NCBI GenBank assembly: GCA_965232515.1
Contig: CBDDPY010000002.1
Span: forward strand, 5,152,001 to 5,216,000
DNA from: Alphaproteobacteria bacterium
GTDB taxonomy: Bacteria; Pseudomonadota; Alphaproteobacteria; GCA-2731375
Length of the DNA stretch: 64,000 nucleotides
Direction of reading: 5' to 3'
The first letter of the stretch is position 1. Every line of letters begins with the position of its first letter. Shown here piece after piece: positions 26,226-35,426 of the stretch. The translations under genes were made by a program, and so were the position numbers. The notes under the pieces were generated by a model. That model made no database searches. It saw nothing but the letters and a program-made list of their open reading frames with translations, and was not told where the DNA came from.

Positions 26226-27275
26226 ATGCGCGGCGTGTTGTTTGTGGGTGATCGGCAGATCGAGATCCGGGAGTTTCCGGACCCGACGCCGGGGCCGGGC
26301 GAGGTGGTGCTGGAGATCAAGGCGTCGGGCATGTGCGGCAGCGACCTGAAGTTCTACCGGCCGGCGCCCGGCGAGGCGCAGAAGGCGCTCGGCCTGGGCG
26401 ACATCTCCGAGCCGCTGATCGCCGGGCACGAGCCCTGCGGCGTTGTAGCCGCGGTCGGCCCGGGCGTCACCGAGCGCCAGGCGCGCGTCGGCCAGCGGGT
26501 GATGGACCATCACTATTGCGGCTGCGGCGTCTGTCACCATTGCCGGGTCGGCTGGTCGCAGCTCTGCGGCGAGGGCTTCGTGGTCTATGGCGCGACGGCG
26601 CACGGCGCGCATGCCGACTATATGAAGGTGCCGGCCCGCACGCTGGTTGACCTGCCGGACGAACTATCGTTCGAGACCGGCGCGGCGATCTCCTGCGGCA
26701 CCGGCACGGCCTATGGCGCGATCCGCCGGATGAACCTGTCGGGTCACGACACGCTTGCCGTGTTCGGCCAGGGGCCGGTGGGGCTGTCGGCGGTGCAGCT
26801 TGGCGTCGCCATGGGCGCGCGGGTCATTGCCGTCGACCCGTCGCCCGAGCGGCGGGCGCTGGCGCCGGAATTCGGCGCCGACGTGGTGGTCGACCCGTCG
26901 GCCGACGATCCGGTCGAAGCGTTGAAGGAACTGACGCACGGCGAGGGCGTCGATCTGGCGCTCGACTGCTCCGGCGCCCCGGCGGCGCGCTCGGCGGCAA
27001 TCAAGGCGACCCGCACCTGGGGCACGGTCTGCTTCGTCGGCGAGGGCGGCGACGTCACCATCGACGTCAGCAAGGACATGATCCGCAAGCAACTGACGGT
27101 GATCGGCTCCTGGACCTTCTCGACCGTGATTCAGGAGGAATGCGCCCGCTTCGTCGCCGACCGCAAGGTCGACGTCGACAAGCTGTTCACCCAGCGCTAT
27201 TCGCTCGACCAGGCCGACGAGGCCTACAAGCTGTTCGACACCCAGACCACCGGCAAGGGCGTGTTCTTGCTTTAA
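26226..27275 (+). CDS. Zinc-dependent alcohol dehydrogenase (threonine dehydrogenase-like MDR)
   Basis: CGSD, GHE, structural Zn site CGVCHHC...C and GQGPVG. Confidence 0.93.
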   Translation: MRGVLFVGDRQIEIREFPDPTPGPGEVVLEIKASGMCGSDLKFYRPAPGEAQKALGLGDISEPLIAGHEPCGVVAAVGPGVTERQARVGQRVMDHHYCGCGVCHHCRVGWSQLCGEGFVVYGATAHGAHADYMKVPARTLVDLPDELSFETGAAISCGTGTAYGAIRRMNLSGHDTLAVFGQGPVGLSAVQLGVAMGARVIAVDPSPERRALAPEFGADVVVDPSADDPVEALKELTHGEGVDLALDCSGAPAARSAAIKATRTWGTVCFVGEGGDVTIDVSKDMIRKQLTVIGSWTFSTVIQEECARFVADRKVDVDKLFTQRYSLDQADEAYKLFDTQTTGKGVFLL

Positions 27276-27279
27276 CGCG

Positions 27280-27768
27280 CTACTCGGCGGCCATGCTGCC
27301 GGCGCGGCCGGGGAGCGTGCCGCGGATCACGTAGGCAAGGGTCTGCACGACCTGTTCGGGCGTGGCGCAGACGGCGTTCGCGGCGGCGTCGACCTCTTTC
27401 AGGGCGTGGTTCACGCCGGCGTCGTGCAGCGTGATCAGGGCTTTGCCCAGCGCCGATGCCATGCCGGCGTCGAAGGCGGCGTTCCATTGCCGATACTTGT
27501 CGCCGAAACGCACGACGACGACATCGGCGTCGGTCAGCAGCGTGCGGGTGCGGATCGCGTTCATCGACGCGCCCTTGCGGTCGTGCCAGAAGGCATCGGC
27601 CTCGCCGCCGAGGATCGTCGCACCGCAATCGTCGCTGTCCGCGTGCACGGTGACGGGCGCGTCGAGCCGCACCGGCAGGCCGGCCTCGCGCACGCCCGCC
27701 TCGATGCGCTCGCGCCAGTCCGTGTGGATTTCGCCCGAAAGATAGACCTTCCAAATCCGCTCGCTCAT
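27280..27768 (-). CDS. YtoQ family protein (nucleoside 2-deoxyribosyltransferase-like fold)
   Basis: VYLSGEIHTDWRE, SDDCG, VVVRFGDKYRQWNAAFDAG and HALKEV. Confidence 0.88.
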   Translation of the reverse strand: MSERIWKVYLSGEIHTDWRERIEAGVREAGLPVRLDAPVTVHADSDDCGATILGGEADAFWHDRKGASMNAIRTRTLLTDADVVVVRFGDKYRQWNAAFDAGMASALGKALITLHDAGVNHALKEVDAAANAVCATPEQVVQTLAYVIRGTLPGRAGSMAAE

Positions 27769-27847
27769 GACCCGTGACCCTTTCCATCCGTCCGGACGGC
27801 AAAGCTAGCGGGCGGGGCGCGGAATGTGAAGGTCCCTGCCGGCGGCA

Positions 27848-28405
27848 TCAGCGCGTATTGGTCACCACCGTCACGCCGGCCGCCCAGCCCAGCCACTCGG
27901 CCCGCCGTTGCGGCGGGATCTCGGGCCCCTTCATGGCGTAGCTGACCTCGAAGCGGTTGTACCTGCCGTCGATGATTCGGCCGATCTGGTGGTGCTCGGC
28001 ATAGCCCATGCAGGCCTTGGTGCGAGCTTCGTAGAGGATGCTGCGGGCGTCGCGCTCGAGCACGCGCCAGGTCGACGCGCCTGGGCAGTTCTGCTCGGTC
28101 AATCGCTGCTGCGCTCGCAGGAAGGCTTCCGGATTGGCGCCCTCGACGGCCGAGAGCGTCCAGTTCTGCACCGTCACCAGCTCGTCCCAGTCGGCGATGT
28201 CGTCGCCGGTGCGGACCCATTCGGTCAGCGCATAGCGGCCCTGGACGACCTGGTTGTTGCCGACGGTCCAGTCCGGCGACAGCGCAAAGGCGATATCGTC
28301 ATATTCCCGCTGCCCGCCGGTCTGGCAGGCGGCCAACAGGACGATCGAGAGGAAGAAGATAGGGAGTCGGCGCAAGGCGCCGCGCCGTGATGGCGTTCGG
28401 GTCAT
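27848..28405 (-). CDS. Hypothetical lipoprotein
   Basis: Basic N-terminus, hydrophobic stretch and LAAC lipobox; soluble domain with two further cysteines. Confidence 0.65.
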   Translation of the reverse strand: MTRTPSRRGALRRLPIFFLSIVLLAACQTGGQREYDDIAFALSPDWTVGNNQVVQGRYALTEWVRTGDDIADWDELVTVQNWTLSAVEGANPEAFLRAQQRLTEQNCPGASTWRVLERDARSILYEARTKACMGYAEHHQIGRIIDGRYNRFEVSYAMKGPEIPPQRRAEWLGWAAGVTVVTNTR

Positions 28406-28525
28406 GGGATGATCGCTCCGACGTTGTCTCTACGGACGCACGTCGCGGTTCCCACTCCCGATACCGCGGCAGCATATGCGCATATGGTGATTTACGGCCG
28501 GGCTTCCAGATCCATCCCGCGCCGC

Positions 28526-28567
28526 AAAAAAAGAAATGCCGGGACCATGACAGGCCCCGGCATTTCC
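28526..28567 (-). terminator. Rho-independent terminator after dctP
   Basis: Hairpin GAAATGCCGGG...CCCGGCATTTC preceded by an A-run on + (a U-run on the minus strand). Confidence 0.7.
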
Positions 28568-28592
28568 GAAGGGTGTCGTTAGGTTGACCGCC

Positions 28593-29657
28593 TTACGGCA
28601 TGCTCTGCAGGTCCTTCCACTGCTTGTAGGACTTGCGGAACGTGAAATAGCTGTCGGCCACTTTCTTGAACAGCGGATCCTCGGCCGATTTCTCGGCGAC
28701 GACCTCTGTCCAGGCGACTTCCAGTTCGGCCAGGAACTCATCGGGCCAGCGGTGGATCGTCACGCCCTTGCCCTCGAGCGTCTTCAGGGCCGGCACCTGC
28801 TTGGCGCCAGCCTCGGCCATGGTCCGGATACCGGCGTCGTTGCAGGCGACCTCGATGATCACCTGATAGGCCTTCGGCAGGCTGTTGAACTTCTCCAGGT
28901 TGATCATCATCTCGACCAGAGATGCCTGCTGATGCCAGCCCGGGAAGTAGTAGTGGTCGGCGATCTCGTGATAGCCGAACTTCAGGTCGATCGACGGGAA
29001 CGACAGCTCGGTGGCGTCGATCACGCCGCGCTCCAGCGCCGGATAGATGTCGGCCGGCGCGATCAACTGGGTCGACACGCCCATCTTGCCCATGACCAGC
29101 GCGCCGAGGCCGAAGAACCGCATCTTCAGGCCCTTCAGGTCCGCGGCCGACGTGATTTCCTTGCGGAACCAGCCGGACGCCTCGGCCGCGACGACGCCGC
29201 AGCTGAAGCCGATCAGGTTATGCTGGGCGTAGATCTCGCGATAGAGGTCGTTGCCGCCGCCATACTGCATCCAGGACAGATACTCGTCGATCTGCGGCCC
29301 GAACGGCACCGAGGCGAAGAACGCCGCCGCCGGAATCCGGCCGGCGTGGAAGCCTGGCGTCGTATATGACGTTTCGACCGCGCCCTTGGAGACGGAATCG
29401 AACACCTCCAGCGCTGGCACCAGGGCGCCGGGGGTGAAGAACTTGATGTCGAAGCGCCCGCCGGTCATGTCCTTGATGTTATTCAGGACACGCGGCCCGT
29501 TGGGGCCGATGATGTCGAGCGCCTCGGTATAGGAACTGGCGTTCTTCCATTTGATACGCGGCATGTCCTGCGCGGTCGCCGACAGCGCCAGGCCGACGGC
29601 AATACCGCCGGTCAGGCTGGCGGCCGCTGCGTGTTTCAGAAAGTCTCGAAACGCCAT
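28593..29657 (-). CDS. dctP: TRAP transporter solute-binding protein (DctP/TakP family)
   Basis: Signal peptide; PGALVPALEVFDSVSKGAVE, GWFRKEI..ADLKGLKMR, EIYPALERGVIDA-like motif and YYFPGWHQ. Confidence 0.9.
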   Translation of the reverse strand: MAFRDFLKHAAAASLTGGIAVGLALSATAQDMPRIKWKNASSYTEALDIIGPNGPRVLNNIKDMTGGRFDIKFFTPGALVPALEVFDSVSKGAVETSYTTPGFHAGRIPAAAFFASVPFGPQIDEYLSWMQYGGGNDLYREIYAQHNLIGFSCGVVAAEASGWFRKEITSAADLKGLKMRFFGLGALVMGKMGVSTQLIAPADIYPALERGVIDATELSFPSIDLKFGYHEIADHYYFPGWHQQASLVEMMINLEKFNSLPKAYQVIIEVACNDAGIRTMAEAGAKQVPALKTLEGKGVTIHRWPDEFLAELEVAWTEVVAEKSAEDPLFKKVADSYFTFRKSYKQWKDLQSMP

Positions 29658-29871
29658 GAAATTGTCCTCCCTTATGTGTTTACTGTTTTGCGCCGGCGTT
29701 TGCACCGCCGGGGCTTATACGCGGAGAACGGCCAAATACATGGTCGAACAGGGTGATCTTAGCCCTTATTCCACGTGCTAAACCATCATCCTCTGATGGA
29801 CGCGGCCGGTCTGTTCATCGGACAATGCGGCGCAGTAAGCTGCGTCGTGTTCGAAACCGGCCGAGGAGCAG

Positions 29872-30567
29872 ATGAAAAAAACCGACGATCCCGTTCCCGT
29901 CGAGCGGCTTCAGGCCGATGTTTCGGCGTTGTTGGACGTGTTGGCCGACGGCGGCGTGGCGATCGCGCCGTTGGACGTGGCCTACGCCATTCTGGCCGCC
30001 AAGCCCGGCGGCATCCGGCGTATTTTCGACGCCAAGCAGCGGTCCTATGAGAAGCCCAGCGGCATGTTCGGCGATTGGAAGCTGAGCGCCGAGCTGCACA
30101 TCATGCCGGACGAGCGCCATGCAATGGTGCGGGAGATGATCACCGAGGAGAAGCTTCCGTTTTCCGTGGTCGCGCCGTTTCGCGACGATCACCCGCTGTT
30201 GCAGGCCGTCGAGCCGTTCGTGCTGGAATCGTCGTCGAAGGCCGGCACGCTCGACATGCTGCTGAATGCCGGCCAGTTCCACAACGAGATCGCGCGGCAG
30301 GCGCAGGTGCGCGGCATGCCGGTGTTCGGCTCGTCGGCGAACACGTCGCTCTCGGGCAGCAAATACGACTACGACGACATCGATGCGCCGGTGCGCGCCG
30401 CGGCCGACATCCATTTCGACTACGGCCGGTCGAAATACGCCAATCCCGACGGCCGCTCGAGCACGATCATCGATTTCCGTGACTTTTCCGTCGTGCGGGT
30501 CGGCGTCTGCTTCGATCAGCTACGGCAGGCGTTTAAAACGCGCTTCGATGTGGATTTGAAACAATAA
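29872..30567 (+). CDS. Divergent YrdC/Sua5 (TsaC-like) domain protein
   Basis: GGVAIAPLDVAY (compare PTETVYG), IFDAKQR (KxR), GSSANTS (SxN) and SSTIIDF. Confidence 0.8.
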   Translation: MKKTDDPVPVERLQADVSALLDVLADGGVAIAPLDVAYAILAAKPGGIRRIFDAKQRSYEKPSGMFGDWKLSAELHIMPDERHAMVREMITEEKLPFSVVAPFRDDHPLLQAVEPFVLESSSKAGTLDMLLNAGQFHNEIARQAQVRGMPVFGSSANTSLSGSKYDYDDIDAPVRAAADIHFDYGRSKYANPDGRSSTIIDFRDFSVVRVGVCFDQLRQAFKTRFDVDLKQ

Positions 30568-30581
30568 ATGGGACAACGCAG

Positions 30582-31214
30582 ATGAACGACATCTACAAGG
30601 AAGTCGGCTTCGAGGCGAACGACATCGGCTTCGGCGAGCGGCCGGGGATCGCGGTCGTCGATTTCCAACGCGGCTTTACGGATGCGGTGTTTCCGCTGGG
30701 CGGACGGCCGCTGGTGGACCGGGCGGTCGAGAACACGGCGACCATGCTGGATCTCGCCCGGCGCGGCAATGTGCCGGTGGCGACCTGCTACACCGCCTAT
30801 TCCAGCGCCCGCGACGCGCCTTATTGGAAGATTCCGCCGGTGGTGAACGAGTTCCATCACGGCCATCCCAGCACCGAGATGGAGCCGCGGATCTATGACG
30901 CCGACTACGACGTGGTCTACTGCAAGACCGGGCCGTCGATCTTCTTCCAGACGGCGATTATGCAGTTCTTTATCAAGGAGCGGGTCGACACGGTAATCGT
31001 CGCCGGCTGCAACACCAGCGGCTGCATCCGGGCCTCGGTCATCGACGCGTTTTCCTATGGCTTCCGGGTGATCGTGCCGGAGCCCTGCGTCGGCGATGTC
31101 GACGACGGTCCGCATCGGAACAACCTGGTCGATGTGGGTCGGCGCTATGCCGACGTGGTCGACCTCGATACGGTGATGAACTATCTGGAAGAGGTGCGTA
31201 AGCGAAACGACTGA
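30582..31214 (+). CDS. Isochorismatase-family cysteine hydrolase (N-carbamoylsarcosine amidase / maleamate amidohydrolase-like)
   Basis: IGFGERP, VVDFQ (Asp), KTGPSIF (Lys) and GCNTSGCIRASVID (Cys). Confidence 0.92.
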   Translation: MNDIYKEVGFEANDIGFGERPGIAVVDFQRGFTDAVFPLGGRPLVDRAVENTATMLDLARRGNVPVATCYTAYSSARDAPYWKIPPVVNEFHHGHPSTEMEPRIYDADYDVVYCKTGPSIFFQTAIMQFFIKERVDTVIVAGCNTSGCIRASVIDAFSYGFRVIVPEPCVGDVDDGPHRNNLVDVGRRYADVVDLDTVMNYLEEVRKRND

Positions 31215-31413
31215 CCGGTTGGTCAGATAATCAACCGGCAACGACCAGGGTGGTCAGGATGAAGGCCCAAACGCTGGCGCCGGCCAGAAATGTGTTCAGC
31301 GCCCGGTTCCAGTTGTTTTTTGCAAATTCGGTCATTTTCTGCTCCAGACGGCGGTAATTTTCGTAAAATTCGTGCCGATGGTCTGGATATGGCGACGATG
31401 GCGTGGCTCGCGA

Positions 31414-31656
31414 GTGTTCACCATCACTGTTTCAGAAAAAACTAATTCGGACCGGACGGACTGGCACCTCGTGCGCATTCCGCACCCCTCCGACCTGTTT
31501 GTGGACCAGACGGCAATGCGCGCCTGGTGCGCGACGGACATTTGCGACGGCTGGTGTGTCGAGCCCAAACGACCGAACGGCACCGCCTACCGGTTCGCGC
31601 GCCGGGCCGACGCGCTTCGGTTCGCCCACCGCTGGTTTCCGTTCACCTGCGGCTGA
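31414..31656 (+). CDS. Small hypothetical protein (WC...W...F...DA..F..RW motif)
   Basis: 80-aa ORF from a GTG in a long intergenic gap; protein-like aromatic pattern; start uncertain. Confidence 0.55.
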   Translation: MFTITVSEKTNSDRTDWHLVRIPHPSDLFVDQTAMRAWCATDICDGWCVEPKRPNGTAYRFARRADALRFAHRWFPFTCG

Positions 31657-31811
31657 TCGGTGCAGCGTCATCGCCGAACTGTCACGGGAACCGCGCATAC
31701 TGATTGTGAGACGCATAACATCATGCGCGGCGGCCCGACTTTATGTTGCGCTGCAGCGCTGGTGTGCGATGATCATCACGAACGCGTGACGATTCTGCGA
31801 AGGGGACGCAA

Positions 31812-32399
31812 ATGAAGCTCGGGTTGACGCGCTTGGCACTGTTCGTTCCGTTGCTGTTTGCTGCCGGATCGGCGGCCGCGCATACGGGGCACGCGACGGC
31901 GGGCGGCTTCGGCGCAGGCTTCGTGCATCCCCTGTTCGGTATCGACCATATCGTTGCCATGGTGGCGGTCGGCCTGTGGGCGGCGCAGCTCGGCGGTCGC
32001 GCGCTCTGGCTGCTGCCGGCCAGCTTCCTGGTCGTCATGTTGTTCGGCGGCGGTCTCGGCGTTGCCGGCGTCGCACTGCCGGCGGTCGAGCTCGGCATCG
32101 TCGGTTCGGTGATCCTGTTGGGTGTGATCATTGCGCTCAATGCCCAGATCGACGTGCCGTTCGGCATGATGATTGTCGGGTTGATGGCGCTGTTTCATGG
32201 CTTCGCGCATGGCGCGGAGATCCCCACCGGGGCGGGCACGATGCTCTACTGCTTCGGCTTCACGCTGGCGACGGCCGGCCTGCATGCCGCCGGCGTCGGC
32301 CTCGGTCTGATGCTGCAAAGCCGGTTGGCGGAGGCCGCGCTGCGGACGGCGGGCGGTTTGATTGCCGCTTTCGGCATCGCCATGTTCGCCGTCGCCTGA
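31812..32399 (+). CDS. HupE/UreJ family nickel/cobalt permease
   Basis: Signal peptide ending A-AH; GFVHPLFGIDH, FHGFAHGAE and TAGLH. Confidence 0.93.
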   Translation: MKLGLTRLALFVPLLFAAGSAAAHTGHATAGGFGAGFVHPLFGIDHIVAMVAVGLWAAQLGGRALWLLPASFLVVMLFGGGLGVAGVALPAVELGIVGSVILLGVIIALNAQIDVPFGMMIVGLMALFHGFAHGAEIPTGAGTMLYCFGFTLATAGLHAAGVGLGLMLQSRLAEAALRTAGGLIAAFGIAMFAVA

Positions 32400-33339
32400 C
32401 ATCGAATCCAATTCCGGTTTAGCCCCCGCGTCCGGCGCCGGGAGCGCGGTCGCCGGCGTCGTTCTGCTGGTCTTTTGCTGGTTCTGCTGGGGCTTCAGCT
32501 ATCCCGCGGCCGCCTTCGCGCTGCGCGATTTCGATGTCTGGACCTTCCGGGTCCTGGCCATGGCGCCGGCCGGCGTCATCATGCTTGCCTATGTGAAGCT
32601 GCGCGGCGGCTCGATCTACGTGCGGCGCGCCTGCCGGCTGCCGCTGGTCGTGGCCGGCCTGCTCAACATGTCGATCTTTCAGATCGGCATCACCTATGGC
32701 GTCGATCTCTTGAGCTCGGGCCGCACGGCGGTCATCGCCTACACCATGCCGCTCTGGGCCGCGGTGCTCGCCGTGTGGCTGCTGCATGAGCGGCTGACAA
32801 AGGCGCGCATCGCCGCCCTGCTGCTCGGGCTTGCCGGGTTGGCCGTGCTGATGAGCCAGGATTTCGCCAACCTGAAGAACGCGCCGCTGGGCGCCGCGCT
32901 CACGCTGTTGGCCGCGATCTCGTTCGGCGCCGGCACGGTCTGGATGAAGCGCTTCGATTGGGACGCCGACGTCACGGCGCTCGGCGGCTGGCAACTGATC
33001 GCCGGCTGCCTGCCGGTGATCGCCATTCAGCTCGCCGTGTCGCCGCCGCTCGACTGGGTGAATATCGGCGCCGATGCCTGGGCCGGCGCCATCTATTCGA
33101 TGCTGTTCGCCAACATGTTGGCCTACGCCGCCTGGTTTCGCGTCGTTGCCCGGTTTCCGGCCACCGTGTCGGGGCTCGGCAGCATGGCGGTGCCGGTAAT
33201 CGGCGTGTTCGCGAGCGCGCTGCTGCTGGGTGAAGCGGTCGGCTGGCGTGAACTGGCGGCGCTTGGGCTGGTCTGCGCGGCGTTGGCGATCGTCGTCTTC
33301 GCCCGCCAGTCTCAGAAATCGCCGTCACGCACCTCGTAG
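32362..33339 (+). CDS. DMT/EamA family transporter (start uncertain)
   Basis: Ten hydrophobic segments; CWG, AYTMPLW, LLHERL and PVIGV...LLGE. Confidence 0.85.
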   Translation: MPLSASPCSPSPDIESNSGLAPASGAGSAVAGVVLLVFCWFCWGFSYPAAAFALRDFDVWTFRVLAMAPAGVIMLAYVKLRGGSIYVRRACRLPLVVAGLLNMSIFQIGITYGVDLLSSGRTAVIAYTMPLWAAVLAVWLLHERLTKARIAALLLGLAGLAVLMSQDFANLKNAPLGAALTLLAAISFGAGTVWMKRFDWDADVTALGGWQLIAGCLPVIAIQLAVSPPLDWVNIGADAWAGAIYSMLFANMLAYAAWFRVVARFPATVSGLGSMAVPVIGVFASALLLGEAVGWRELAALGLVCAALAIVVFARQSQKSPSRTS

Positions 33340-34367
33340 CGCGTCGGCTTGCCGATTTCCGGCCGGCCCTGTTGGATCCAGTCCGCGACCCAGTCGATCA
33401 TGCGGTTCAGCGGCACGATCGGATAGCCGAACAGCTGCTGCGCCTGTCGGGTGCTGTTTACCCAGGCGGTCTCGGCCTCCTCGCCGTCGAAGATCGGCGT
33501 CTTGCCGAAGCGTTCGCCGAACTCGGTCGCCAACGCGCGAATGCTGGTCGCGTCCGGACCGCCAATGTTGAGCGGGCTCGCCGGCGTCGTGCAATGCCGG
33601 AGCGCGCGCAGCATCTGGGCGCTGGCGTCGCCCTGCCAGATCACGTTGGCGTGGCCGGTGGCGATCGGGATGGCCCGGCCCTGGAACACCCAGGAGGCGA
33701 CATCGAACAGCACGCCGTAACGCATGTCGATGGCGTAGTTCAGCCGCATCAGCCGTCCCGGCGTGCCGTATTGCTGCGAGAAATATTGAAAGATTCGCTC
33801 GCGCGCGACGCAGGAATTGGCGTATTCGCCGACCGGCGTCGGCGGCGTGGTCTCGTCGCAGCCGCCCAGGCGGACGCTGGCATAGGGATAAACGCAGAGC
33901 GTCGAGAAGGCGACGATGCGGGACTCGCGCAAGGCCTCGGCGACGATCGCCGGCACGTGCGCGTTCATGGCCCAGGTAAACGGCTCGTCGCCCGCGGTAC
34001 CGAACTTGCGGCCGGCCATGTAGATCACGTTCGGCAGCTTCGGCAGGCCGTCGACGGCGCCGCGATCCAGCAAGTCGCAGGCGATGGTCTCGACGCCCCA
34101 GGACTCCAGCCGTTCCCTGACAACCGCGTCGCTGAAGCGCGCGACGCCGACGACGCGTTTTTGCGGCGCCGCCCGTTTCGCCAGCCGTGCGAGGCACGGG
34201 CCCACCTTGCCGCCGACGCCGAGAACCATGATATCGCCGTCGAGCGCCGCCAGATCGTCGATCAGGTCCTGTGACGGCCGCGACAGCAATTCTTCCAGCG
34301 CCTCGACGTCAGGAATTCTGTCGGGCAGGGTTTCGGCCGTCAGCAGTGTCTCGGTCGTCGCGCTCAC
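33312..34367 (-). CDS. NAD-dependent epimerase/dehydratase family protein
   Basis: LGVGGKVG, MAGRKFG, GEYANSCVARE, RLNYA and NVIWQGDA. Confidence 0.88.
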   Translation of the reverse strand: MSATTETLLTAETLPDRIPDVEALEELLSRPSQDLIDDLAALDGDIMVLGVGGKVGPCLARLAKRAAPQKRVVGVARFSDAVVRERLESWGVETIACDLLDRGAVDGLPKLPNVIYMAGRKFGTAGDEPFTWAMNAHVPAIVAEALRESRIVAFSTLCVYPYASVRLGGCDETTPPTPVGEYANSCVARERIFQYFSQQYGTPGRLMRLNYAIDMRYGVLFDVASWVFQGRAIPIATGHANVIWQGDASAQMLRALRHCTTPASPLNIGGPDATSIRALATEFGERFGKTPIFDGEEAETAWVNSTRQAQQLFGYPIVPLNRMIDWVADWIQQGRPEIGKPTRYEVRDGDF

Positions 34368-34400
34368 GTGTTCATTCCTCCCATCGCCGGCCTTGCAAGC

Positions 34401-35426
34401 TTACACCGGGATCACCCGCCCTTCCTTGGCCGACCGGTAAATCGCTTCTTCGATCTCGATGTTGCGCAAATAGTCCCGACCCGAATTGACGAGTTCGGCG
34501 CCATCCAGCAGGTGCGCGACGATATGCGCCTGCGTGGCGTAAACGGCGTCGCCGGCGAAACCGCGTTGCTGCCACTCGAAAATATGCTCGGCCTCGTCGC
34601 CGCCGTGCGGCTTCCACCAGAGCCGCCCGCGGCCGTCCAGACGCAGCACACCGGCCGAGCCCTCGAGCCACATCTCGCCCATGGTGAGGCGCGTATTCTC
34701 GGCCACGTGGTCGTTCAGGCGGTTGGCATCGAACAGGCCCGATGTGTCGCCGTCGAAACGGAAAACCACGGTGCCGGCGTCCTCGCCCGCGATCGCCGGA
34801 TTGAGCCGGCGCAAGTCGGCCGAGACGGACCTGATTTCGCCCATCAGGAAGCGAAAGGTGTCGATGAAATGGATGCCGGTCTCGTGGATCAGGAACCGTT
34901 CCATCTTCTGAAAATAGGGCTGTCGGTTCAGATAGGCGTCGCGGCCCTGGCCGTCGCCGGGACGCATGCGGAAGGTAATGCCGTGCAGGGTGCCGAGCCG
35001 CCCGGCGTCGATCAGCCGCCGTGTCTCCTGGAACCAGGGCTGGAAGCGGAAATTTTCGTGCACCGCCAGCGTCACGCCGGCCGCCTCCGCGGCCTCGACC
35101 ACGGCGACGGCCTCGTCATAGGTCGGCGCCAGCGGCTTCTGGCAGATCACCGGCAGGCCCCGCGCCGCGACCTGACGGACCAGCGCGTCGTGTGTCTCAG
35201 GCGGCGTGGCGATGTCGACCAGATCCGGCGCCACCCCGCCCAGCATCTCGTCCAGGTCTGAAAAGCCGCGCGCGCCGGCCTGGTCCGCCGCCGACTTGGC
35301 CTTCAGCGCGTCGAGGTCGCAAACACCGACCAGCCCGGTCCGCGGCAGCCGCGTCCAGGCGTGGTGATGGAATTGCGCGAAATAGCCGGCGCCGACAACC
35401 GCGACCCGCAAAGCGTTCTCAGCCAT
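34401..35426 (-). CDS. Gfo/Idh/MocA family oxidoreductase
   Basis: GAGYFA, DIATPP, CQKP, HENFRFQP and ETGIHFID. Confidence 0.92.
   Translation of the reverse strand: MAENALRVAVVGAGYFAQFHHHAWTRLPRTGLVGVCDLDALKAKSAADQAGARGFSDLDEMLGGVAPDLVDIATPPETHDALVRQVAARGLPVICQKPLAPTYDEAVAVVEAAEAAGVTLAVHENFRFQPWFQETRRLIDAGRLGTLHGITFRMRPGDGQGRDAYLNRQPYFQKMERFLIHETGIHFIDTFRFLMGEIRSVSADLRRLNPAIAGEDAGTVVFRFDGDTSGLFDANRLNDHVAENTRLTMGEMWLEGSAGVLRLDGRGRLWWKPHGGDEAEHIFEWQQRGFAGDAVYATQAHIVAHLLDGAELVNSGRDYLRNIEIEEAIYRSAKEGRVIPV

Noticed and set aside
31657-31811. Possible cobalamin riboswitch or NikR box upstream of hupE/ureJ
   Set aside because: Only a fragmentary AACTGT/GGGAA is present; no B12-box and no GTATGA-N16-TCATAC.
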